A stretch of DNA of 64,000 nt from Calditrichales bacterium (GCA_965267575.1 OZ254086.1:3360001-3424000), one strand, 5' to 3'; shown: positions 30,713-40,970, counted from the stretch's first letter. The notes: generated by a model from the letters alone, not told the origin. Made by a program: numbers and translations.

Positions 30713-31063
30713 CTAAAACAGCTTGCTTTTAAAAATAAAGAATACGGCCCCAATAATGCAAAGCCCTGCCCATAAATAATCGAGTTTAATTGGCTCTTTC
30801 ATATATAGAATGGAAAAGGGTATGAAAACACTCAGCGTTATAACTTCCTGGATTATTTTAAGTTGGCCCAGATTTAACGCTGTGTAGCCGATGCGGTTAG
30901 CAGGTACCTGCAGCATATATTCGAAAAGTGCTATGGCCCAGCTTATGAGAGCGGCAATAAACCATGGTTTGCCGTTGAGTTCTTTCAAATGCGCGTACCA
31001 GGCAAAGGTCATAAACACGTTACTGCACAGCAGCAGGCCCATAAAAACGAAAACAGGTTTCAT
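30713..31063 (-). CDS. DMT family small membrane protein (DUF486-like)
   Basis: SNVFMTFAWYAHLK, FEY.LQVPANRIG, QLKIIQEVITL. Confidence 0.9.
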   Translation of the reverse strand: MKPVFVFMGLLLCSNVFMTFAWYAHLKELNGKPWFIAALISWAIALFEYMLQVPANRIGYTALNLGQLKIIQEVITLSVFIPFSILYMKEPIKLDYLWAGLCIIGAVFFIFKSKLF

Positions 31064-31172
31064 ATTTCTTTTAACCTCAAAAAATCAAAGCGCGGAATTT
31101 ACATTCGCCACGATGCCGGTAAAAGAAATATTTATAGTTTTTTTCAAGCCCGCTGTCTGAGGGCCGGATGTC

Positions 31173-31616
31173 TTATTTGAAATACCTGGGATAGAGCGCC
31201 AAAAGCGTATCTACTTTACGGGCCTGTTCTTCCTGCCCCTGCTGAGACAGAGCTTCCACAGCCGGGATAAAGGCAGTCAGATAAGTATGCAGTTCATCGT
31301 GCGCCGCGCCCTGCATAGTGCATCCGGCAATAAGCGAATCCACGTCACGCCGAAGATCTGCACCGGTCATTTTAAGCTCGTTGGCAGGAAGCGCGTCCGG
31401 ATTAATGGATTTCCATCTTTCGCTCATTTGCGCAAACATGGCCCGGGTATGGTCGTCCATTTGCCACTTTTCGGTTCCGTTTAATGTGAGACCGAAGTTA
31501 CTGTCTGCGATGGCGGACGCGTCATGCGAATGTGTATGTTCTTCTTTGTGTCCGCCACAGGCAACCACGAAAAACAACATGCTGATTGCAAAAATTAAAT
31601 TGAAGATCGTTTTCAT
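31173..31616 (-). CDS. His-rich lipoprotein, possibly metal-binding
   Basis: Lipobox VVAC, HKEEHTHSHD, LNG.EKW..D, CTM.GAAHDELH. Confidence 0.75.
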   Translation of the reverse strand: MKTIFNLIFAISMLFFVVACGGHKEEHTHSHDASAIADSNFGLTLNGTEKWQMDDHTRAMFAQMSERWKSINPDALPANELKMTGADLRRDVDSLIAGCTMQGAAHDELHTYLTAFIPAVEALSQQGQEEQARKVDTLLALYPRYFK

Positions 31617-31716
31617 TTCATAACTCCCTGGTATTAATAAATCGCTCCTAAGCTACAAAACAAAACGAAAAAGATATATAAAAAATCAGATACGCGGAAA
31701 TTAATAATGAGGAATT

Positions 31717-31932
31717 TTATTCCTGTTGCCCGCCGTCCAGCGGCTTTTTGATTAATATTGCGAACAGCGTGCCTGCCAGCAAGCCCAGCCCAGACCCGAA
31801 GGTAATTCCCATCGCAATCCAAAATCCTACGTCACCTGTGATGGCACCAACAACCGCGCCAAGTGTTGTTCCAAATGCGCTGCCCGCGGCAAGACCCAAT
31901 CCTATTGGTAACGCTTTTCTGTCTTCGCTCAT
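31717..31932 (-). CDS. Small glycine-zipper membrane protein
   Basis: GxxxG repeats over two TM helices; AAGGA upstream. Confidence 0.65.
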   Translation of the reverse strand: MSEDRKALPIGLGLAAGSAFGTTLGAVVGAITGDVGFWIAMGITFGSGLGLLAGTLFAILIKKPLDGGQQE

Positions 31933-32234
31933 AATAATCCTTCCGGTTTACTTTAAGATTTCCAGCTTTTAAATAGGTGATTGATGGAAACAGTTAACAA
32001 CCGTCACGTGTGAGAATCATTCCTACGGGCCGGCATATCAATAGTTTTCGTTTTTTTTCTCATTAGAACATATTAGATAAAACAATAATTCTTAACATGA
32101 AGCAATATATCTAAATGTCATGTCTGATGTAACAAAACCCCTCCTTGAGCTTTCATTTTAATTTCGTATATTTCGAACATAGTTTTTCCAGCTTTGGAAT
32201 AACGCAAAAACAATAACTCTAAAAGGAGCATGTC

Positions 32235-33554
32235 ATGGAAGCGATTCGAGTGCTGATCATGGGAGCGGCAGGACGCGATTTTCACAATTTCAACACCTAT
32301 TTCCGCGATAACAAAACATATAACGTGGTGGCTTTTACGGCCACGCAAATCCCCAATATTGAAGGACGCAAATACCCGGCGGAGCTGGCAGGAAAAAATT
32401 ACCCCAAAGGGATTGATATTCTACCTGAAGAAGACCTTGTAAGACTTATCAGGGATGAAAAAATTGACCAGGTTGTATTTTCCTATTCCGATGTTTCACA
32501 CCAGACTATTATGGAAAAGGCTTCGATCGTTTTGGCGGCGGGCGCCGATTTCCGGCTGCTGGGTCAGGAAAAAACGGAAATTAAGTCAAGCAAACCTGTG
32601 ATAAGCATTTGCGCCGTGCGCACCGGCGTTGGTAAAAGCCAGACGACGCGCTACATATTGCGCCTGCTGCGCGATATGGGTTACAAAGTGGCATCCATCC
32701 GCCACCCCATGCCCTACGGTGACCTGGCTAAACAGGCCGTACAGCGCTTTGCCGAATACAGTGATCTTGATAAACATGATTGCACCATTGAAGAGCGCGA
32801 AGAGTATGAACCGCATATCGACAACGGCGCGGTGATCTTTGCCGGTGTGGATTATGAACGAATTTTGCGTGAGGCCGAAAAAGAGGCCGATATTATCCTG
32901 TGGGACGGCGGCAATAATGATACGCCATTCTATAAAAGCGATTTCAAGATCGTTTTGGCCGATCCGCATCGTCCGGGGCATGAGGCTTCTTACTATCCCG
33001 GTGCGGTAAACACGCGCATGGCCGATGCCATTATCATTAATAAAGCTGATACGGCGGATTATACCAATATTATGGCCGTACGCGATAATCTGGCCCGGAT
33101 GAACCCGGATGCGTTTGTGGTCGAAGCGGCTTCGCCTATCTTTGTTGACGACCCTGCGGCTATCCGCGGCAAGCGCGTGCTGGTTGTGGAAGACGGTCCC
33201 ACGCTTACTCATGGTGAGATGGCCTATGGCGCCGGCTGGGTCGCTGCCCGTCGTTTCGGTGCGCTAGAGATCATCGATCCGCGTGCGTTTGCCGTACAGT
33301 CAATCGCCGATACGTATGCCAAATACCCTACTACGGGCAATGTGCTTCCGGCCATGGGTTACGGAGATGCCATGATGAAAGACCTGGAAGCAACGATCAA
33401 TGCCAGTGACGCCGATATGGTTGTTATTGGAACTCCCATTGACCTGACACGTGTCATCAAAATAAACAAGCCGCACCAGCGCGTGCGCTACGAGCTGCAG
33501 GAAATCGGCAGCCCGACGGTTGCGGATATGATCCGCGAAAAATTCAAGAAATAG
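32235..33554 (+). CDS. COG2403 P-loop protein (cDPG-synthetase-like), probable arginine synthetase ArcE
   Basis: GAAGRDFHNFN, TATQIP.IEGR.YP, RTGVGKS, RHPMPYG, TIEEREEYEP, WDGGNND, VEDGPTLTHG, PAMGY. Confidence 0.8.
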   Translation: MEAIRVLIMGAAGRDFHNFNTYFRDNKTYNVVAFTATQIPNIEGRKYPAELAGKNYPKGIDILPEEDLVRLIRDEKIDQVVFSYSDVSHQTIMEKASIVLAAGADFRLLGQEKTEIKSSKPVISICAVRTGVGKSQTTRYILRLLRDMGYKVASIRHPMPYGDLAKQAVQRFAEYSDLDKHDCTIEEREEYEPHIDNGAVIFAGVDYERILREAEKEADIILWDGGNNDTPFYKSDFKIVLADPHRPGHEASYYPGAVNTRMADAIIINKADTADYTNIMAVRDNLARMNPDAFVVEAASPIFVDDPAAIRGKRVLVVEDGPTLTHGEMAYGAGWVAARRFGALEIIDPRAFAVQSIADTYAKYPTTGNVLPAMGYGDAMMKDLEATINASDADMVVIGTPIDLTRVIKINKPHQRVRYELQEIGSPTVADMIREKFKK

Positions 33555-33563
33555 CTCATTTAA

Positions 33564-33589
33564 GGCCGCGGCATGGCGCCGCGGCTTTT
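33564..33589 (+). terminator. Intrinsic terminator
   Basis: GCCGCGGC-atggc-GCCGCGGC followed by TTTT. Confidence 0.65.
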
Positions 33590-33600
33590 CTACTTTGCCT

Positions 33601-35316
33601 ATGACCAAAATTACACTTTTCTGCCTGGCGCTTACAGTGCCATTGTATGCTCAGGTAACGTTCACGGAAATCATGTTTGATCCGGCTACCAGCGAGTTTC
33701 ACGACGAGTTTGTGGAAATCTATAATTTGTCCGGTGAGGCGCTGGATCTCAGTGGCTGGACTCTTTCCGATTCGTTGTCTTTGGATGAGCTGGCTGACGC
33801 GGGAAACGGCATGTTGCTGCAGCCCGGTCAATTCGGCGTCATTCTTGACGGGAGCTACTTCGAAAACTCATCCGTTTACGATGACATCATTCCCGACAGC
33901 GCGCTGCTGCTAACGATTGCCGATAAGGGCTTTGGCACCAACGGTCTGACCAACAGCACAGCCCGCATGCTTGAGCTGATCGACAGCAGTGGAAATGTAG
34001 CCAGCCGCTACCGCTACAGCCTGGGCAACAAACCCGGTTTTTCCGATGAGAAGATTCGCCTGGACGGCGCCAACGACAGTACAAACTGGGCGGACGCGAT
34101 AGTTGCCGGCGGTACGCCCGGATTCCGCAATTCCGTGTCGCCTTTTCCGGTGGATGTGGCTTTAAGTGCATTGCGCTGGGTGCCGCAAACGTTAGTCCGG
34201 GCCGGAATGCCGGTTACTTTCACGCTGGAAGTGGCTAACACGGGTCAACTGGATTTTGACGCCATGAGCGGGCTTTTGGTTTTTATGGATCAGAATGGCG
34301 ATAGTCTGTACAGCGGAGGCGAGACGGTGCTTTTTGATGCGACCTTGGCCTTGTCGCTGATGCCCGGCGGGCAGATTAATCATAATTTTGATTATACATT
34401 TCCGGAAGCCGGCAGCTTTGACATCGTTGCGACGCTCTCATCGGCAAGCGACCAAAACACAGCCAATAACGTTTTGTTTGGTAAGCTGATTGTTTCCGCC
34501 GGGGAGAGCCGCCTGCGTATTAATGAGATAAAATTTCTGGCTGACGAAGGCGAGCCGGAGTGGATTGAAGTATTCAATGCCGGGAGCGAGCCGTTACTGC
34601 TCAATAACTTTGCCTTTGCAGATAGCCGCGATACGCTTTTTCTGGACAGCCTGATTGTAATGGGCCCGGGCAGCTACCGTGTTCTTGCTGAACATGCCGG
34701 ACTGGATACGCTGTATGATCTCGAGGATTCGCTGATCGTTGTGCCGGATAAGTGGAACACGCTCAACAACGGTGAAGATGTGGTTTATCTTTTGGGGCCG
34801 GATCTTGGCTGGATTGAGCAGGTACCATACACATCAGATTGGCTGGAAGGCGAGGAGTGGCGCTCACCCTCACTGGAAAGGATTCATCCCGGTTTGGATG
34901 CCCGGCTTTCCCGTAACTGGGGCCCGGCCACCGCATCGGATAATGCGACACCCGGACAGCAAAATTCAATCTACAATGACGTTTCCGCAAATGAAGGCCT
35001 TGCTGTAAAAATAGAGCCCAATCCGTTTTCGCCGGATGGCGACGGGCACGAAGACCATACCCTTGTGTCGGTGCAGTTGCCGGAAAACAGCGCCCGCATC
35101 CGCGTTGAAATACTGGATATCCTGGGCCGCCCGGTTGTCGCGCTGACCGACAACAGTTTTTCAGGTCCGCAGCATAGCGTCGTCTGGGATGGCCGTGACA
35201 AAAACGGGCGCCGGGCACGTATGGGGATTTATATAGTTTTTATACAAATTCTCAATGACCGCCAGGGGGTGATCCGGGAAAGCAAACACAGCGTGGTTGT
35301 TGCAGGCAAATTGTGA
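33601..35316 (+). CDS. Secreted lamin-tail-domain protein (2x LTD, CARDB-like, FlgD-Ig tail)
   Basis: FTEIMFDP..DEFVEIYN and INEIKF...EWIEVFN, two TPG..NS motifs, PNPFSPDGDG, WDGRD. Confidence 0.85.
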   Translation: MTKITLFCLALTVPLYAQVTFTEIMFDPATSEFHDEFVEIYNLSGEALDLSGWTLSDSLSLDELADAGNGMLLQPGQFGVILDGSYFENSSVYDDIIPDSALLLTIADKGFGTNGLTNSTARMLELIDSSGNVASRYRYSLGNKPGFSDEKIRLDGANDSTNWADAIVAGGTPGFRNSVSPFPVDVALSALRWVPQTLVRAGMPVTFTLEVANTGQLDFDAMSGLLVFMDQNGDSLYSGGETVLFDATLALSLMPGGQINHNFDYTFPEAGSFDIVATLSSASDQNTANNVLFGKLIVSAGESRLRINEIKFLADEGEPEWIEVFNAGSEPLLLNNFAFADSRDTLFLDSLIVMGPGSYRVLAEHAGLDTLYDLEDSLIVVPDKWNTLNNGEDVVYLLGPDLGWIEQVPYTSDWLEGEEWRSPSLERIHPGLDARLSRNWGPATASDNATPGQQNSIYNDVSANEGLAVKIEPNPFSPDGDGHEDHTLVSVQLPENSARIRVEILDILGRPVVALTDNSFSGPQHSVVWDGRDKNGRRARMGIYIVFIQILNDRQGVIRESKHSVVVAGKL

Positions 35317-35372
35317 ATACAAGTTAAATAAAATCAATAGTTTAAGATGCTAAATAAAAGGATGTTGTTTGT

Positions 35373-35401
35373 TTGATTTCGCTTGAGGCTATTGCTACAT
35401 T
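35373..35401 (+). promoter_or_regulatory. Sigma70-type promoter of pruA, with an upstream IHF consensus at 35332-35344
   Basis: TTGATT-17-TACATT with an extended TG; AATCAATAGTTTA matches WATCAANNNNTTR. Confidence 0.5.
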
Positions 35402-35461
35402 TAAGTCTTAGCAAAAATTCAACGGACAGAAGAATCAATAAAATCGAACCAAGGAGAAAAC

Positions 35462-37093
35462 ATGCCAAACGCGTTTTTTAAAGTACCCGATCCAAAAAAC
35501 GAACCGGTTCTGAATTATGCGCCGGGTTCGCCGGAGCGTGCTGAAATAAAAGCCAAACTGCAGGAAATGAGCAGCCGCAAAATTGAAATCCCTTTGATCA
35601 TTGGCGGCAAGGAAGTAAAATCCGGAGATACCGCCGAAATACGCATTCCGCATAATCATGGTCACATTCTGGGTGTTTATCACAAGGCCGGCGAAAAAGA
35701 GGTCAATATGGCCATAGAAGCCGCGCTGAAAGCCCGGGAAGAATGGTCGCTTCTGCCCTGGGAGCACCGTGCCTCCGTTTTCCTGAAAGCGGCGGAACTG
35801 CTCTCCGGCCCGTGGCGCTCAACCATCAATGCTGCCACCATGCTCGGGCAGTCCAAAACGGTTCATCAGGCAGAAATCGATTCGGCGGCAGAGCTGATTG
35901 ACTTTTACCGCTTTAATGCCCACTACATGAGCCAGCTTATGGCCGACCAGCCATACTCTCCCAAAGGCATGTGGAACCGCGTGGAATACCGGGCGCTGGA
36001 GGGCTTTATCTTTGCCGTAACACCTTTCAACTTTACAAGCATTGCCGGAAACCTGCCTGCGGCGCCTGCTGTTGTGGGTAACGTTGCCCTGTGGAAACCG
36101 GCATCAAGCGCTGTCTATTCGGCTTACTACATCATGAAGATGCTGCAGGAAGCAGGCCTGCCCGACGGTGTGATTAATTTTATCCCCGGTTCCGGCTCCA
36201 AAGTCGGTAATCCGGTTATGGCCAGCGAGCACCTGGCTGGCATCCACTTTACGGGCTCTACTGCGGTTTTCCAGGATATGTGGAAAACGGTGGGTGACAA
36301 TATCTCCAAAATGAAATATTATCCGCGCATCGTGGGTGAGACAGGCGGTAAGGATTTCATTTTTGCCCACAATACGGCAGATGTCGATGCGCTTGTAACA
36401 GCGACTATTCGCGGATCCTTTGAATATCAGGGACAAAAATGTTCGGCTGCTTCCCGTATGTATGTGCCCAAATCGATCTGGCCGGAATTCAAGGATAAAT
36501 ACGTCGCTGAAGTTCGCAAGATCAAGATGGGCGATATCGAAGACTTTACCAACTTCATGGGCGCGGTGATAGACAAGAGTGCTTTCCGCAGCATCACCGA
36601 GTACATTGACTACGCCCGCGATTCCAAAGAAGCGGAATTTATAACCGGTGGTGAATACGACGACTCCAAAGGCTATTTCATTCAGCCAACGACCATCGTT
36701 ACCACCAATCCGCGCTTCAAAACCATGCAAGAGGAGATTTTCGGTCCCGTGATGACCATCTATGTGTATGATGATGCGGATTTCGAAAAAGCCCTCGATC
36801 TGTGTGATGATACGTCGCCTTACGCGCTTACCGGCGCTATCTGGGCCAAAGACCGTGCCGTGCTTTCGCATATGGCAGATCGCCTGCGCAATACGGCCGG
36901 AAACTTCTACTTCAACGATAAGCCGACGGCGGCCGTTGTAGGCCAGCAGCCGTTTGGTGGTGGCAGGGCATCCGGTACCAACGACAAGGCCGGCAGCGCC
37001 ATGAACATCATGCGCTGGATGACCGCCCGCACCATGAAAGAGACTTATGTCCCGCCAAAAGACTGGAAGTATCCTTTCATGTCTGAGAAATAG
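35462..37093 (+). CDS. pruA: L-glutamate gamma-semialdehyde (P5C) dehydrogenase
   Basis: NEPVLNYAPGSPER, QAEIDSA.ELIDF, FTGST, GETGGKDF, FEYQGQKCSA, RASGTNDKAG. Confidence 0.95.
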   Translation: MPNAFFKVPDPKNEPVLNYAPGSPERAEIKAKLQEMSSRKIEIPLIIGGKEVKSGDTAEIRIPHNHGHILGVYHKAGEKEVNMAIEAALKAREEWSLLPWEHRASVFLKAAELLSGPWRSTINAATMLGQSKTVHQAEIDSAAELIDFYRFNAHYMSQLMADQPYSPKGMWNRVEYRALEGFIFAVTPFNFTSIAGNLPAAPAVVGNVALWKPASSAVYSAYYIMKMLQEAGLPDGVINFIPGSGSKVGNPVMASEHLAGIHFTGSTAVFQDMWKTVGDNISKMKYYPRIVGETGGKDFIFAHNTADVDALVTATIRGSFEYQGQKCSAASRMYVPKSIWPEFKDKYVAEVRKIKMGDIEDFTNFMGAVIDKSAFRSITEYIDYARDSKEAEFITGGEYDDSKGYFIQPTTIVTTNPRFKTMQEEIFGPVMTIYVYDDADFEKALDLCDDTSPYALTGAIWAKDRAVLSHMADRLRNTAGNFYFNDKPTAAVVGQQPFGGGRASGTNDKAGSAMNIMRWMTARTMKETYVPPKDWKYPFMSEK

Positions 37094-37104
37094 CCAAAAA
37101 AACT

Positions 37105-37134
37105 AAGGCCTTCCGCAACCGGGAGGCCTTTTTT
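37105..37134 (+). terminator. Intrinsic terminator
   Basis: AAGGCCTTCC/GGGAGGCCTT stem plus a T-run. Confidence 0.8.
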
Positions 37135-37195
37135 ACATCGAACATGACAAACGTTGTTTCCAGGGGCGATTTGATAGGAAAGGCGCACCTTTTTC

Positions 37196-37225
37196 TTGCA
37201 CTGAATGGGCACAGCGTTTTATAAT
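37196..37225 (+). promoter_or_regulatory. Sigma70-type promoter of the alkaline phosphatase gene
   Basis: TTGCAC-18-TATAAT. Confidence 0.55.
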
Positions 37226-37267
37226 TTCCGCGTTCACCGGAATCGTTAAACTCAAAACGGAGAAATC

Positions 37268-38347
37268 ATGTTAAAACATATTCGCCTTGCGATTGTATTT
37301 TTGTTGGCGCTGTTTCTTAGCGGACTAGCGCAGGAACAACCTAAAAACGTAATACTTTTTATCGGCGACGGGATGGGGCCGGCCCAGGTTACCAGCCTGA
37401 TGACCGTAAAAGAGAATCCGGCACTTAAGCGCTTCAAAATGGGCGGTATGGTCACAACACACGCCGCGGATGAATATGTCACCGATTCCGCTGCCGGCGC
37501 CACGGCCTTTTCCACGGGCGTGAAATCCTACAATGGCGCCATTGCCGTGGATGTGGACAAGAAGCCTCATAAAACCGTGCTGGAGTACGCCCGTGATAAA
37601 GGACTGTCTACGGGACTCGTTGCGACTTGCGGAATCACGCACGCAACCCCGGCAGCTTTTGCCGCGCACGTGGAACAGCGTAAAATGTACGCGCAGATCG
37701 CTGAAGATATGGCCGCAGCTAATGTTGACGTAATAATCGGCGGTGACCGCGGCTGGTTCATTCCGCAAGAGCAGGAAAACAGTCTGCGTGAAGATTCAAA
37801 AGATCTGCTGGCCCAAATGCGCGCATCCTACACCGTCATTGAAGACAGCACAAAATTTGCTTCTACAACAGTGGACGAAAAACTGCTTTATTTCTATCAT
37901 GATAAGCACCCCGGCCATGCCGGACAGCGTCCGCACACGCTGGCGGAAATGACAAATAAAGCGCTTGAGGTGCTGGCACGAAATGAACAGGGCTTCTTTC
38001 TGATGGTTGAAGGCTCCCAAATTGATTGGGGCGGCCATGCCAATGAAACCGATTATATTATCGGCGAAATGCTCGACTTTGATGAAGCTGTTGGAGCGGG
38101 TCTGGATTTTGCCGAGAAAGACGGCAACACGCTGGTTATCGTTACGGCCGACCATGAAACGGGCGGCATGACGCTGTTAGGTGGTTCGGTAGAAGATAAC
38201 ACGGTCTCGAAAACGGAATATACCACAAAAGGCCATAGTGGTGTTATGGTGCCGATCTTTACGTATGGCCCGCAGGCCGCGGCCCTCTCCGGTGTGATCG
38301 ATAATACGGATATTGGAGCCTGGCTTGTGAACTGGGCACAGAAATAA
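37268..38347 (+). CDS. Alkaline phosphatase (PhoA family)
   Basis: NVILFIGDGMG, VTDSAAG (catalytic Ser), HATPA, MVEGSQIDWGGH, TADHETGG. Confidence 0.95.
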   Translation: MLKHIRLAIVFLLALFLSGLAQEQPKNVILFIGDGMGPAQVTSLMTVKENPALKRFKMGGMVTTHAADEYVTDSAAGATAFSTGVKSYNGAIAVDVDKKPHKTVLEYARDKGLSTGLVATCGITHATPAAFAAHVEQRKMYAQIAEDMAAANVDVIIGGDRGWFIPQEQENSLREDSKDLLAQMRASYTVIEDSTKFASTTVDEKLLYFYHDKHPGHAGQRPHTLAEMTNKALEVLARNEQGFFLMVEGSQIDWGGHANETDYIIGEMLDFDEAVGAGLDFAEKDGNTLVIVTADHETGGMTLLGGSVEDNTVSKTEYTTKGHSGVMVPIFTYGPQAAALSGVIDNTDIGAWLVNWAQK

Positions 38348-38371
38348 GTATTTTTTTGTTTGTATAACAGG

Positions 38372-38402
38372 AAAGGGCAATCATTACCGGTTGCCCTTTT
38401 TT
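38372..38402 (+). terminator. Intrinsic terminator
   Basis: AAAGGGCAA...TTGCCCTTT plus a T-run. Confidence 0.8.
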
Positions 38403-38565
38403 ATTGGAAAAATATACACACCCGCAGGGCATTTCCGGCCGTGACATATCTTCCCGATTCCGAAAAACTTCCCGGTGGACGCCAATTTTCCAGCAAACGT
38501 ATAAAACTTTGGTTTCAGAAGAGCGAGTCGATATTTGATAATTGAGATAAAAAAACCGGAACAGA

Positions 38566-40890
38566 ATGCCCATTTTTACACCAAATATTGACAGACTTCG
38601 CGAACGAAGAAATATCAAAGGCCTGGTTAAGGCGCTGGAACACGAAGACAGCAGCGTTCAGGTTGCCGCCGCCGCGGCTCTGGGCCGTTTGCGCGCGCGC
38701 CAGGCGGTGGAAGGCTTGGCTACGCTGCTTACACACTGGGATGATTCAGTTCAGGTGGCCGGCGCAGAGGCATTGGGACGCACCGGCCATTACAAGGCTG
38801 TGCCGCCGCTACTCTTTCTGCTCAAAGAGCGCAACAAACGCGTGCGGGATGCCGCGGCGCGCGCGCTGACTGATTTGGGTCGTATCGCCATTGACGCGCT
38901 GGTTGATGAACTGGAAACGGCCGATGATGAGTTGTACCAATCAATCATTAATGCGATTGTTGAAATTGGTGCGCCTGCCCGGCGGGCAGTGCGGGAGCTT
39001 TTCGCCAACCATAACACGCCGCAACGCGCCAGACTGCTAAAAGTGTTCGCCAATATCTCTGACGATGCAGCTATCGATATCCTGATCGAAGCTCTCAGCG
39101 ATTCGCAGTACGAAGTGCGTGAAGCCGCGGCAGAACACCTTGTTGAACTGGGCTCGGCGGCTGCGCCCAAATTGCTTCACGCCGTCCAAAACGATGAAAA
39201 CGATCCGCGGACAATGCTGGAATTGCTGTCGCGCATCGGCAATCCATTATGCGAAGAGTATTTTCTGGAAAACCTGCGCTCCGATTCAGCGGAAGAACGC
39301 AGGCTGGCTGCCGAAGGACTGGACAAAATGAAATGGGCCGTGACCGTCTCCGAAAACGGTGCCTGGTATTTTATCGCCAAGCAGCGCTGGGACAGTCTTG
39401 TAAAGATCGGAACGGCCGCTCTGGGGCCATTGGGGCAGGTGGTTGATGACGCAAGCGAGAAAGTACGCAACGGCGCCATAGAAGCACTGTCACAAATCGG
39501 GCGTAGCAGTTGGGACGGTCTGATCAAATCGGTCAGTGACCCCAATCCTGAAATGCGTCTTATAGCCGTAGCCGGATTAAGCAAACTGAATGACAAGCGC
39601 AGCCTGGTGCCGCTGAACCGTTGCCTGATGGATAGTGAAGTACGTGTGCGCCGTGCCGCTGTTGACGCACTGGGACAATTGGACGACGAGCGCCGGATCA
39701 ACCCCCTTATAATGGCCCTTAAAGACGAAGACAGCATCGTACGCCGTAAAGCCGTGCGTTTTGTCGGTCAATCAAAAGACAGCCGTGCCGGAGATTTATT
39801 TTTGCCCATGCTGGCCGATCCGTCTCAGCTGGTATGCCTGGAAGCATTGGAAGCTCTGGTGGGTTTGGGACAAAGCGTTCTTGACCCGCTGCTGGAAGTG
39901 CTAAAGCACCACAATGTGAACGTGCGCCGCTTCGCCTCCATGGCACTGGGGCGCATTGGTGATAACCGCGCCACCCCGCCGCTTATGAATCAGCTGAGCC
40001 ACAGTAATTGGCGTGTACGCGAAGCTGTTTGCGAGGCCTTGGGCAATCTGAAAGATAAAAGGGCGGTCAACATGCTGGTCGGCATGCTGGATGACGAAAA
40101 CGAAGAAGTTGCCAAGAGCGCCGCGAAAGCACTCGGGCAGATAGGCAAGCCGGCGGTCATGTTGTTGTTCAGCCAACTGGCCGGTCGTCGCAAGGCCAAT
40201 AAATATGCCGTTTTTGCTTTAAAGGAAATGGGCCAGGCGGCCATTGATCCGCTGATCAACGCGTTGCAGCATCAAAACAGCCAGGTACGCCAGGCCGCGG
40301 TTAAGGTGCTGGAACTGCTGGATTGGAAGCCAGAGAAAAATGAATCCGGAGCCGCGTTTTTTATTGCCCGCCAGGAGTGGCAGAAGAGCGTGGAAGTGGG
40401 CGGGGCCGCCGTTGATCCGCTGATAAATGTACTGGATGACGATGAACTCTGGCAACGGCGCAACGCCGCGGAAAATCTGGGCAAGATCGGCGATTCCAAA
40501 GCCGTGGAAGGCCTGGTTGCCTCCCTTGAAGACAAATACTGGAATGTGCGTGAAGCCGCGGCCAACTCGCTGGTAAAGCTTGGAAAACCCGCCGTGGAAC
40601 CGTTGGTTCACGCGCTGCTATCCGCCAAAAAGGATTCCTTTTCGATCATCACCGACACCCTGGCCCGTATTGGCGATAAACGCGCCATGCGTCCACTGAT
40701 TTACCTGCTGCGCGACCGCCGCCAGTTTGTGCGCGAAGCAGCCGCACGTGCTTTGGATAAAATGGGCGCGTTGCACGGCAACGGACGTTGTTCACAATGC
40801 GGCAAGCCCGTGCACAAATCGCTTAGCGATGGCGAAAAATGTCCGTTCTGCAGCAGTCCCCTCCAAATCAGAGACAGCCGCGTCGCCTGA
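38566..40890 (+). CDS. PBS-lyase HEAT-repeat protein with a C-terminal Zn ribbon
   Basis: Many VR..AA.ALG.IGD.RA..PL repeats; CSQC...CPFC. Confidence 0.9.
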   Translation: MPIFTPNIDRLRERRNIKGLVKALEHEDSSVQVAAAAALGRLRARQAVEGLATLLTHWDDSVQVAGAEALGRTGHYKAVPPLLFLLKERNKRVRDAAARALTDLGRIAIDALVDELETADDELYQSIINAIVEIGAPARRAVRELFANHNTPQRARLLKVFANISDDAAIDILIEALSDSQYEVREAAAEHLVELGSAAAPKLLHAVQNDENDPRTMLELLSRIGNPLCEEYFLENLRSDSAEERRLAAEGLDKMKWAVTVSENGAWYFIAKQRWDSLVKIGTAALGPLGQVVDDASEKVRNGAIEALSQIGRSSWDGLIKSVSDPNPEMRLIAVAGLSKLNDKRSLVPLNRCLMDSEVRVRRAAVDALGQLDDERRINPLIMALKDEDSIVRRKAVRFVGQSKDSRAGDLFLPMLADPSQLVCLEALEALVGLGQSVLDPLLEVLKHHNVNVRRFASMALGRIGDNRATPPLMNQLSHSNWRVREAVCEALGNLKDKRAVNMLVGMLDDENEEVAKSAAKALGQIGKPAVMLLFSQLAGRRKANKYAVFALKEMGQAAIDPLINALQHQNSQVRQAAVKVLELLDWKPEKNESGAAFFIARQEWQKSVEVGGAAVDPLINVLDDDELWQRRNAAENLGKIGDSKAVEGLVASLEDKYWNVREAAANSLVKLGKPAVEPLVHALLSAKKDSFSIITDTLARIGDKRAMRPLIYLLRDRRQFVREAAARALDKMGALHGNGRCSQCGKPVHKSLSDGEKCPFCSSPLQIRDSRVA

Positions 40891-40970
40891 TATTTCTGCT
40901 TGTTTTAATCTATCATATTTTTTAAATAGCACACTTCTGTCGGCAAAATGCCACGACCGAAAGGTGCTTA

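Noticed and set aside
32005..32025. TGAGAATCATTCC, Fur-box-like
   Set aside because: Only a partial match, with no symmetric half and no iron gene adjacent.
24548..32230. Accessory patch as a mobile island
   Set aside because: It looks more AT-rich by eye, but there is no integrase, transposase, tRNA or flanking direct repeat.
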